Notes under the pieces: generated by a model
The model's input: only the letters and a program-made list of their open reading frames with translations
What the model was told of the DNA's origin: nothing
Database searches by the model: none
Shown: piece after piece, positions 32,501-44,500 of the stretch
Position numbering within the stretch: the first letter of the stretch is position 1
Layout of the letters: each line of letters begins with the position of its first letter
DNA from: Desulfobacterales bacterium
GTDB taxonomy: Bacteria; Desulfobacterota; Desulfobacteria; Desulfobacterales; UBA2174
DNA length: 64,000 nucleotides
NCBI GenBank assembly: GCA_963668645.2
Contig: CAXXWC010000003.1
Span: 224,001 to 288,000, forward strand
Direction: 5' to 3'
Made by a program: the position numbers and the translations under genes

Positions 32501-35500
32501 ATGCCCGTTGAGGGTGAGGGTGTCGGCAGCCGTGAGAATGACGTCGCCTTCAGGCCCGCCGGCGATCAGATCGCCCTTGAGGAACCCGTTTTCACCCAGA
32601 TCCAGCACGATGGGACCGTCGATGGTTTCCAGCAGGGCTGACCAGTCGAGATCCAGGTCGGTGTCCGGCCCTTCCACCAGGCTGATCTGGTGGTCGGAAA
32701 GTACCGATCCGGCGATGTAGATCCTTGCTGCCGGATTTTCGGCCGAGCCGAAGATCACTTCGGACCCGGCTCCGGAGGCGATGATGTTGTACGGCCGCGA
32801 GGATGCGGCCTCGGTCCCGCCGGCCACCGTATCCAGTCCAAGCAGCTCGACGTTGACGCTCTCCAGAAGGCCGCCCGGGTTGGCCGGATCCGCGAAGCTG
32901 CCGTAGAGGCGGATCTCGTACTGGCTGGCAAAGAGGATCTTGCCGTTCTTTAGCTTGATCTTGACGATGGGGTCGGCCACACCGCCCACGCTCACCGGAT
33001 CGTCGGCGAAGTTCTCGTCGTGGGGCTGGCCGTCAAGCAGTCCGTTGCCATAAAGGTCGCCGTCCAGGTTGACATAGGTGGCGGCGTTGACCGCGGTCTG
33101 CAGGTCGAGCACCAGATCCATGATCATGTTCTCGGTGTCGTTGCCCGCGGTGGTTGCGGCGGTCAGCGTCACCTGGCCCACGATCTTCTGATCTCCGAGA
33201 TTGATCCACAGTACGAAGGTCACATCCTCAGGCAGGACCCCGTCGTTGGAGGAGCGGTTTGCCTCGATGTCGCTTTCGTAGGAAAGCTCGCCGAACCCGA
33301 GCAGCGTCTCGTTTTCCGACTTGTACTCGAGATCGAAGGGATAGGCACTCTCCAGGACGATGAACCCGTCTTCTTCCACGGCCCAGACGTCGGCGGTGAC
33401 CGCACCCATGGCCAAGTTGAGGTCGTCGATGAGATCGGCCAGGCAGGTGTTGTCCGCGGCCAGGGCCGCCGGGACGTAGACCGTGTAATCGCTCACCGGG
33501 CTGATGGAGATGCCCACGTCCTCGGAGGTGTAGTCATAGACCCGCAGATCGAGTCGCACCTGATCGGTCAGCCCGTAAGACGCTGGCAGGCCGATGCGCT
33601 CCTCCAGGACCGAATCGTAGGGGAAAAGCTGATGCCCCGCCGCCGGCTGGACCGCCGTGACGTCGACGCCCGAGGCCACGGTGGCAAGCCCGAGCTGATC
33701 GGCGTCGCTCGAATTCAGCCCGCTGATGGTAAACGCGCTCGCCCCGGCCAGCACCAGCACTCCCGAACGCGAGCCGACGGTGATGTACTGGCTGGCATAG
33801 GACCCGGTGTCTTGGGCACCGTCGTACACCGAGGCGGCGGTCAGGGCGTTTTCAAGGTCGACGAGCAAGTCCTCCACGCCGGTGTTGGTGGCCGTGTCGC
33901 TCCAGGAGACGGTCACGGTGGTCTCCAGGGTGCCGCCGGCCCCGTCATCGATGGCGATGACCAGGGTGATGTCGGCCGCCAGGATTCCACTGGACACCAG
34001 GGCGTCTTCGGCCTGGACCTCGAAATCGGGTTCGGAAAGGGCCGAGGTGAAGGCGCCGGTGGTAAATCCCAACTGGTCGAGGTGGTCGGCCGGCTGGCTG
34101 TCCAGGGTAAAACTTTCGTCGCTGAAAAGGATCAGGACCCCGCGTTCGTCGCGGACCCCGATCACCGTGCTGAAATAAACCCCGGGATGGCCGGGGATTT
34201 CCACCGCCTCCAGAGCCGCGTTGATGTCGGCCACCAGATCGGCGATGCCCGTGTTGGCGGTGGTGCCCGAGTCCGTACCGTCGGTGGCCGAAGCGGGCAC
34301 GGTAATCTGGGCGCTGGCCCCCGAGTAGAGGCCGCTGCCAATGGTCACATCCAGCACGATATCATCGGCCAGCACGCCGTTGACCATGCTGTCGTTGGCC
34401 GTCACGCGGTAGGTTTCCGGATCGCGCTGGGCCAGGACCGCGCCATCATCAACTGCGCTAAAGCCGATCAGATAGCCGTTAAAGGCCGGCTCCTGGCGGG
34501 TGCCGGCAACCGCGTCCCCACCTTCCACCGTGTCCAGTCCCAGAGAGCCGGCGTTGACCGAAGTGGCCAGGATCGAAAAATCGTAGCGGCTGTAGAAAGC
34601 CAGGGTATCCCGGTCCAGGCGCACGTAGACCAGATCGTCGGGCAGGGCGTCGGCAAAGGCCTGGCATACATCTGCGTAGAGCTCGTCGATGGAGGTGTTG
34701 AGCGCGTCGGGCGCGATGTGCACCGCGGCCAGGGTGGGACCGCCCGGGGTTTGAACGCTGAGCTGGAGGGTCACCGCCCCGCCGGCAGTGCCGGTATCCG
34801 GCAGGACCCCGTCGGCAGGCAGGGCTTCCTCGGCCGTGATCAGGGCCTGCTCGCCGTCGATTTCAAAGACGTGGGCGCTGGCCAGCACGACCTGATTGGA
34901 CCCGTTCAGGGAAGCTTCGATGTCGCGGAAGCCGCCGCGGACCAGGGCGTCGTTGATGTCGTCGATCAGGTCGGCCAGGCTGGTGTTGTCCAGGGTGTCG
35001 TCGCGGTAGATCACCACCGTGCCTTCCACCGTGTCGCTACGCTCCCGGGAGCCGGCCGCGGGCAGATCCAGGTCCGGGCTGGAATGGGCCGGATCGTCGT
35101 TGGGATCGACGGTGGACATCACCACGTGAAAGGCGATGTTGTCCGGCAGGATCCCCGTAGCGGCCAGATCGTCCTCGGCCACCAGCTCGAACAGCGACGG
35201 ATCACGGCTCGAAACCTCGGGCGTCCCCGCAGCCGCGTCCAGCAGCCCGAGCAGATCCGCGTTTTGCGAATCCTCGCCGATGGTGATGTCCAGGGTCTCA
35301 CTGGCAAAAACCAGAGTGCCGGCATCTTCAAAAACGGTGATGTCCAGGCCGGCGGCTTCGAACAGGGCGTTCAGATCGGCGATCAGATCTTCGATGCCGA
35401 GGTTGTCCAGGGTCTCTTGACGCGACAAGCTGATGGATGTGTTGGTGGTCAGATCGTCGCTGTCGGTGGCCTCGACTTCCAGGACCAGATCCTCGGCCAG

Positions 35501-38500
35501 GACCCCGGTGGTGGGGATGGCGTTGGCCCCTGCGACCTCGAACTGGGCCGGGGCCCGGGTGGAAGAAACCGCCGCAGCACCCAGGTAGCCGAGGTTGACC
35601 GAGGTACCCAGCAGTTCAAAATCATAGAGGCTTTGGAAGATCAGCCGGGTGCCGTCCACGTCCACCCGGAGATCGGCAAAACCGGCGATCATCAAGGCGG
35701 CGTTGATGTCCGCGGCCAGGTCCAGCAGGTTGGCGTTGGCACCGTCCACCGGGATGAGGGCGGAACCGGCAACGATCTCCCCGGGCCGCTGGATCTCGAG
35801 ATCCAGGGTCACCGGACCGGGCAGCACGGGCACCGCCACCCCGGGCGCACCATTAATATAGGCGTTGAAAAGGACGTAGTCCGCCGTCAGGTCGATCCCT
35901 GCGGCCATCCCGAGCAGGGCGAGGTGGCGCGAAGCGCTCTTGACCTTGAAATCATGGGTCCCCACCAGCACCAGGGCACCTTCGCGCTCCTCGGCGGTAA
36001 TGTAATCGCCGAAATCAAGGCCGGCATAACGGGGGATGGCCGTGGCGGCCAAGGCCGTATTGAGATCCTCGATTAGGTCGCTCAAGCCGACATTGGCGGC
36101 GGTACTCGCCGCGCTGAGGGTCACCGCCCCGTAGAGGACATCGTCCAGGTCGGTCTCGTCGATGCGGATGACCAGGATCACATCGCGCACCATCTGCCCG
36201 GTGGTGGGCAGGGCACCGCTGGCGGTGAGTTCGGAAAGTTCCCGGTACTCCACCGTCTCCCGGTCGCCGCGGAACCCGAGCAGGTTGAGGTGCTCGGATG
36301 CGTCGAGGACGACAAATTCATACCCCAGACTGCTCAAAACGAGCTTGCCGTCCACCAGGGCCGCATCGATGGGTGCAAAGGCCGTGGCGTCCAGGGCCGC
36401 GTTGATGTCGGCGATCAGGTCCTCACGGCTGGTGTTGTCCGCCGTGGCGGCCGCGGTGACGGTCACCGTACCGCTGACCGTTCCGCCCATCAGATCGTCC
36501 ATTTCCATGGCCAGGGTCACGTCGCTGATCAGCTGCCCGGTCAGGGGCAGAACCAGATCCGCGGTGACTTCGGCTTCAGGGTAATAGACCACCGAGTGCA
36601 GCATCGGGGCCAGCCCCAGCAGGTCGATATTCTCGGACTGGTCGGCCAGGATGGAAAAATCATAGCCGTAGCCGGTGAGCATCAGGTAGCGGCCCTCCTG
36701 GCCCACCTCGATGTCCATGAAGTGGTCGCTGCCGTTGAAGATGGTCTTTATAAACAGAAGGAGGCCGGCGTCCCCGCTTTCGCCGAAGAAGATCGAGGGG
36801 ATGACCACGTCTTCCTCGACCTCGGTTTCTACCGATGCGACCGGTGCGAGCGCCGTATCCACATCAGTCATCCCCAGCACGTCGACGTTGCTGGAGGTCT
36901 CGTCGATTTCAAAGGCGTAAGCGCAGCCGATCATCAACCGGCCGCCATCGGTGGGGGCCACATAGAAATCGGCCAGGTCGGACGAAAGATTGAGCTGGGC
37001 GTTGATCGACTCGATCAGGTCCGTCACGCCTTCCTGGTCAAAGGGCAGGCCGGCGGTGACGGTAAAGGTGATCTGGCCCCACAAATCACCGTTGATGTCG
37101 TTGAAGACCAGGGTGACCGATTGATCCGATCCCGGCGGTGTGTAGGCATCCGGGGCGGTATAGGCGTCGATGCGCTTCCACATGTGCAGGGTCACCTGCG
37201 AAGGCAGGTAGCCCGAGAGCATGAACTGGCCCTCGGCCACGATGCGGCCCAGATCCCCCTTGACCCAGGTATCCGGTTCGATCTCCTCGAAGTGGGTGGC
37301 GGTCATCACTTTGATCTCGTCCGGCCCGTCGAGGATGATGCGGCTGTTCTCGCCCCAGGTTTCCAGCAGGGCCGATCCGTAAATCAGGACGCTGGCATCG
37401 GTGAAGTTGAAAACGTCGTCCGGATCGCCCTGGAAGGGATCGTCCCCGCCGGTGAGCTGGATCAGCCCCCCGGCCTTGATCAGGGTGCCGATGCGCACCT
37501 GGTGCTCGGCGCTGATGACGATTTCGGTCTGTTCCGCCTCGGTGCCGAAGTCGTGATAGACCGAGCCGATGTAGCCACCGGTTTCCGCGTCGCGGATGTT
37601 TTCCACCTCGCCGCCGGCGATCAGGTGGCCTTCGATTTCGGCGTCGTACCTGCTGTCGATGCGGATGGCGCTCTCGTCGTTGTGGGTCGTGATCTCGCTG
37701 GAGCCCTCGATGCGCACCCCGATCTCGGTGCCCACATACGGATGGGCGGTACTGGCCACGTTTTGCAGCCGGATCTCGTTCTTGGCCGCAATGTAGCCGC
37801 CCGTATCGAGCACATCGCCGTAAAGCGAGTTGATGGCCCGGGCCTCGTAGGTGGATGGATCACGGCCGGAGACCTGGGTGCTGGCGGCCACGCCGGTCAG
37901 ACCCAGAACGGCGACGTTGTCCGAGGCCGCATCGAGCCGGAAGTCGTAGGCGTTGGTAAAGACCAGATGCCCCGTGTCGTCGGACATGACCCAGAAATCG
38001 TTGAGGACCGTATCGTCCAGGGCGTCGTTGAGCAGGTCCACCAGGTCCTGGAGAGCCGTTGCGGCCGGGATATTCAACGAAACCTGGCCCCAGGCGTCGC
38101 CGTTGCTCTTTTTGACCACCAGGGTGACGCTTTCCGCTCCGACGGGCGGGCTGTAGGCGGTCGCGGCCGTGTATTCGGCGTCGGCCACCATCTCCGAGGC
38201 CTGGTTGTTGCCGCTGCCGAACCCGATCAGGTTCAGGTTCACCGAGGCCGAGGAGAGGGTGAAGGGATCGTCGCTGTAAAAGACGACCCGGTTTTCTTCG
38301 GCCATGACGTTGATCGTGCCGCCGAATTCGTGGTCCAGGGCGTTTTGGATATCCTCGATCAGATCGCTCAGGTAGTGGTTGTCCGCCGTGTCGGCGGCCG
38401 AGACCACCACCGTGGCGCCCAGGGACGTGCCCCCCGGCGAATCGGTGAAGCGCAGTTCGAGATCACCGGTGAGCACCACCTCAGTGTCCATGTTCAGGGT

Positions 38501-41500
38501 CCAGCCGCCGATGAAGACCTGGCCGGGCGACTCGATGGTCACATCCCCGCCCACGCTGGTATCCCAGTCGATCATCTCCTTGATCAGGTTGCCGGAGGCG
38601 TCCCAGAGCAGGGTCTTGTTGGCCCCTGAATAGATATGGCCCATCATCTCGATGCCCGACTCGCCGTAGATGTAGGCCAGGCCGGGGCTGCCGTCCGAGG
38701 TGCGCCCGGCCGAGGTCAGGCCGCCGGCCGTGTCGATGACCACGCTCAGGCGGCGCTGTTCCTGGACGGCGGCCGCATCTCCGGCAAGATCGGTGAAACC
38801 GAGCAGTTCGGGGTGGGTGGAGCTGTCCAGGACCGTGAAACCGGTGGAACTCTTGAGGCTGATCCGGCCGCTGGGCCGCACCACACTGATGCCCAGACCC
38901 GGGTCTACCGTCTCGGACAGATCTTCAACCGCCGCCAGGGCCAGGCCCTGGGTTTCGAATTCGGCGTTGAGCAGCCCGATGATCTCGTAGAGGGTCAGGC
39001 TGTTGTCGACGCTGATGGTCACCGAGCCCGAATTGCCCATGGCATCGGTAAATTCCAGGATCACGGCCTGGCTCACACCCTCGCCCAGACCGGTGTTGGC
39101 GGGCTCACCAGGAGCGGTGTAGGCGTAAGACCCGTCGGTCTGGGTGCCGATGGTCATGTCGTCGCTGCCCGCAGCCCCGCCGATGAGCATCACCGTATCG
39201 CTGGCCAGGACCCCGGAGTCGAGATAGAGCTGCTGGCCGGCCGTGATCACGGCCCGGGAATCGGTCCCGGACCAGATCACGCCGGTGGGTCCGATGGCCC
39301 CGCCGGCTACGATGGACCCGAAGATATCCACGTCATAGGCCCCGGTGATGTGGATGTCGCTGCCGTTCTGGAAGGAGGTGATCACCGCCGTGGCTTCCAC
39401 CAGCACGCTGCTGCGCAGCGGATCGCCGTTCTGGTCGAGCAGGTCGAGGTCGATGTTCTCGCCCCCGGCGATGACATCGATCCCGTCTTCGACCTCCACG
39501 AAGGAGGTGGCGAATTTGACCCGCTGATCGTAGGACTCGATGTAGAGGCCCGAATTTTCCCCGCGTACGAAAATACTGCCTTCGATGAGGATGTCCTGGG
39601 GGCCTTCCAGGCGCAGGAGGCTGTTGTCGGCCAGAGAGGTGAGCTGGCCGGTCAGATGGATGCTGGCGCTCACCGCATCGCGGTCGTTGTAGTCCTGATC
39701 GATGAGGCCGACCAGATCCATGACGTCGGTGGAGGTAATGGCCCCGTAGATCCGCAGCTCGTGCGGGGTGTGGACGATGACGTCGGCCCCGTCGGCCACC
39801 TTGGTCTTGACCCCGCCGATCCATTCGGCCCCGGCCAGGATCTCGCCGTTGATGTAGACGGCTTCGGGGGCCTCGATGTGGATCAGGCTGTCCTGGCCCG
39901 GGGCGTACATCCCGCCGGCGATCTGGACCAGCTCGAAGAAACTGCCGGGGAAGATCTCGATGCGGGCCCCGTCGCCGTTGACGTAGGTGCGCCCTTCGAG
40001 AACCACCGACTCTGCGGTCTCGATGTGGATCACCCCGCCGGGCTTGTTGGTCCTGAGGATTCCGGCCACGCCCTGGATGAAGTTGTTCCGAAGCTTGCTC
40101 TGGTCGACGGCATCTTCCATCATCGGCGAGACGTACACCTCCCCGTCGCCCGGAACGTCGATCCAGATATCCCCGTAGTTGGTCACGATCCAGCCGTCGC
40201 AGATGATCCGGTCCTGGACCCCGATCAGGTCGAGATAATCGCCGGTGATCCCCGAATCCGTGCCGCCCAGCGGGTTGTTGATGTTCTTGGATTTGACGTG
40301 GAGCCGTTCGGTGTTCATCTCCACGTGGACCAGGGGCCAGCTCTGGGCCTCGACCTCGCCTTCGATGTAGATCCGCTCGGCGTTGAAGACCACATCATCG
40401 CGGAAGGACGAATCGCGCTCGCGCGCCGAACCGTCCTTCTTGATCGTCTCCTGGTCGTAGGCGTCGCCGAAGACGATGCGCTCCAGGTCGTATCCCGAAC
40501 CGAAGGTGATCAGGGTGAAGCCGTCGGCCAGGGCGGACAGATCGGTGGTGGAAAAGTGGGCCGTATCGATGAAGAGGGTCCCGTCGTCGGCGTAGGTCTC
40601 CTCGCCTTCTTCGCCCACGAAGGTGCCGCCCACATGGTCCGGATAGTTGAGGAAGGCGGGATATTCGTCTCGGATGTAAGTCCAGTCGTTGCCCAGCGGG
40701 TGCTCGGCCGAGGTGCCGATGAGCATCCGGGTGGCGTGGGAGGTAAGGATCGTCAGCTGGCCGGTTCCGATCACCCCGCCCACTTCACGCTCCGGATCGG
40801 CATCCCTTCCAGGAGCGGATGTCCAGAACTGGAAGTCGTCGGCCGTCAGGGTGATATCCCGTCCCGCCGTGCGGGTGATGATGCTGCCCGAATCCAGGGT
40901 GAGCCGGGCGATCTCGGATTCCTGGGTGGCGACCATCCCCTCGCAGGTCACGCTGATGATGCCGTAGGCGCTGGAAAGGCCCACCGGATCGGCGCCGGGC
41001 GGATCGAGCAGGTCGGTCAGACCGTAAACCACCAGGCTGTCGGTCTCCTCGATCACGATTTCGGTGCCCTCGGCCGGGTTGCCCTCGTTACGGGTGAGCA
41101 CGGTGATCCCGCCCACCGTGGTTTCGATCCGGTTGGACGAGGCGTAGTGATCGTTGAAGATGTTGTCGCCGGCCAGGACCAGGTGGGCGCCGGCCCCTTC
41201 GAAGCGCATCCCGTTGTCCAGGTGGATATCACCCTGGGCCACGAAACGCATGGTCCCACCGCCCAGCCGGTCGTCGTTATCCGCGGACCCGGAGGTGACA
41301 TCCGCATTCAGGGTGATGGACCGCTGGTCGGCCGGCGTGGCCGTGTTGACCAGCACGATGATGTTGCCGTCGTTGATGGCATTGATCCGGGCATTGACCG
41401 TAAGCGAGCTGACCCGGATGTTCCAGTCCATGTCGTGGGCGTCGATGTCGTGTTCGATAGTGCCCAGGCTGTCGGCGCTCTCGCGCACCAGGGGCGAGGC

Positions 41501-44500
41501 CGAGGATAGAACCGCGCCGATGCTGTCCGCCTCGATGTAAAATTTCCCGGTGGCGTGCACCGAGGTGTCCAGGACACAGTCTTCCACCACCGCGATGACG
41601 ATGTCGTGGGCCGCCAGGTGCATGCTGCCGCCATCCGTTGCCGGCCGGATGCTCAGGTTCTTGGCCGTTATGTGGATGCTCGCTTCGCCCAGGTCGGCCG
41701 TGCCGGTGGTGGAGCTGATGGTCAGGTTCATCGGGTAGAAGACCGCCTCGGCGTCGTCTTCCATCAGCGAATACTCGCCGGCCAGGGTGAACTGCTCCAC
41801 GCCGTCGGTGAACTGGAACACATCCCGGCTGTTGACGATGGTGCCACTGCTGTAACGGCCGCTGCGGATCTGGTGGTCGTTGATGACGATGATGTCGTCC
41901 TGGCTGGCATCCAGGCCGTCCACGGCGGAATTCATCTCGATGCCGGCGCTGTTGGCCAGGATCACCTGGTCCAGATCCTCGTCCGCATCGACAAAGGAGA
42001 TGATCCCGTCCGCCTTGTTGGAGGTATTGCGGCCAAAGGTGAAGGTGGTGGTGCTCGGACCGCCCGAATCGACGATCTCCAGGGTCCCTTCGGGCGGATC
42101 GGAGATCAGCAGGGTGTCGCTGCCGGTGCCCAGGATCAGTTGGGTAACCTTGGCCTGCCCCAGGCGCAGTTCTTCATTGGGGGTCAGGATGGTGATGGCA
42201 CTGCTGGAGATGGTCACCGTCAGCGGATCGGTGATCGAACTCAGGTCGATGATCGTATCGCCCTGGGTGTCGCGGAAGCTGTCGCTGCCGAATCCGTTCT
42301 CGAAATAGTAGGTATCGTTACCGCCCATGCCGGACAGGGAATCGAGGCCGGGACCGCCGGTGAACAGGTCGGCCCCGTCGCCGCCGGTCATGCGGTCGTC
42401 ACCGTCCCCGCCGATCAAGGTGTTGACGGCCCCGCTGGTGCCGCCGGTGATCCGGTCGTCGCCCGCACCGCCGTCGATATAGACGGCGCCGGTGGCGTTG
42501 GCCGCGTTGAGGGTGTCGTTGTCGTCACCGCCGATCAGGGTGGCGGCCGCGCCGCTGCCGGCGGTCAGGGTGTCCTTGCCCTCGCCGCCGTCGAACTCCA
42601 CCGCCACTCCGCTCAGGCCTGAGGCGTCCAGCTTGTCGTCGCCCTTGCCGCCGTCGGCGACGACCTTGGTAAAGGACCCGGTGTAGACCTGGGACCAATC
42701 GTCGAAGGCCACCGTGATGGAACCGGAATTGCCGCTGATGGTGAAGTTTTCGCCGCCGTCCTCGTAGTTGAGGTACTCGCGGTCACCGGCGAGCTTGCCG
42801 GAATGGATCACCAGGGTGTCGCCTTCGGCATGGGCCAGCACCGGCTCCACCGTGGGGGCCCGATACTCCCATTCGGCCAGGGTGATGTCGAAGATGGTCC
42901 AGTCCACCACCCGCTTCATGATCTTGCCGATAAAGGGGATGGAGATGCCCACATCCACGAAGACGTAAGCCTCGAAATAGACCCGGCCGTCCAGGTTGAT
43001 CAGGTTGAGCAGGCCGCCCGGGGCGTCGTTGCCCGTGTAACGCCACATCTCGGCGAACTCGGTGGGATGGATGCGCCCGTCGTCGGGTGGAATATCGGCC
43101 AGATCGAGGCCCATCTCGAAGCCCACCACCCCGCCCAGGCCGGCTTCCACCAGCAGCAGCCAAAGGGTCGCCTCCAGGCCGATCTCCAGGCCCACGGTGA
43201 ACTCGGGCTTCTCCTTGCCGCTGGTGATGCCCCAGTCGGCCACGTAGAACCCGTCGAAGACGTACCAGTAGTTGCCCGTGTCGATGGCCTTGCGGATCCC
43301 GTAGGTGTCGTAGCCGAAGCCCAGATCGGCGGTGAATTCGAAGTTGCCCACCGCCGAAACCTTGATCACCGCCGGCCCGGCTGTGATGGTGGCGATGTCC
43401 TGCTTGAAGTTGAGGGTGTACTCGAACAGCGGCAACTCGTAGGTAAACAGGATGGCGTCACCGCCGGTGATCAGCTTCATCCAGTTGCTGATGTCCAGCA
43501 GGTAGTCGAGGATCTCGAACCCGCTGCGCTCGGTGGAAGACCCGCCGCTGGAGAAGCTGTTGCCCGAAGAGGCGGTCATCCCCATGCTGCCCGTGTTCAG
43601 CTCGTCCATAAAGTCGCTGAGCCATCCTGGCAGATCGGCGCTGTCCTGGCGGGCGCTGACATTATCCGTGCCCAGGCCCATGATGTCGCCCAGGAAGATC
43701 TCGCCTTCCCGGCCGATCATGGCGTCCACCTGGTCGACCACGTCGATCATGGTGCGCACGGCGTTGAAGAACTCCACCGGGATCTCGCTGTAGCCCAGGG
43801 TGCGCAGGATCAGGTTGACCAGCCCGAGCAGGGTGGGCGGATCGCAGATCACGTCCAGCCCGGAGACCTCGGTGGTAAAGACCTCCACGATGGGCCGGAA
43901 CGGATCCAGGACATCGCTGATGTTGTCCGTGATCGGCTTGAGCACGTCGGTGACAAAGGTGCCGATGTCGATGCGCAGGTTGTAGAGGCCGAACTCCGGC
44001 TCGCCAGATCCGCCGTCCAGGCTCCAGGACCAGGTGGCGATGAAATCGGCTTCGAGCCGCGGCAGCCCCACATCGCCGATATCCAGGACGATGGTGGTGT
44101 TGAGGGTCGCCTCGACCCCGAAATCGATGTCGAAAAGGTCGTCGACGGCCGCGGTGATCAGGTGGTTGAGGGTCACCCGGCCGGTCTCCGCATCGCCGAG
44201 AATATCCAGATCGAGGAAACCGAAGACCCCCGAGGGCTGGAACCCGGGCTCTCCCTCGTCGCGGTCGACGTCCTCCACGCTGATGACGAAAAAGAGCAGC
44301 TTGCCTTCGGCGTAGAAAGGGGTCACCGTGGCGTTGTTGAGCGGCTCGCCGTCGAGAAAGGCGCCGATTTCCACCTCGAGTTCTGGATCGGCCGGAGCGC
44401 TCAGATCGTTGGTGCCCAGGTAGAAGCCGTCCTCGACGCTCAGGCCGAAGGCCAGATCGAAGCTCCAGGTCAGCTCCACGGCAAAGCCGCCGTCCACGTT

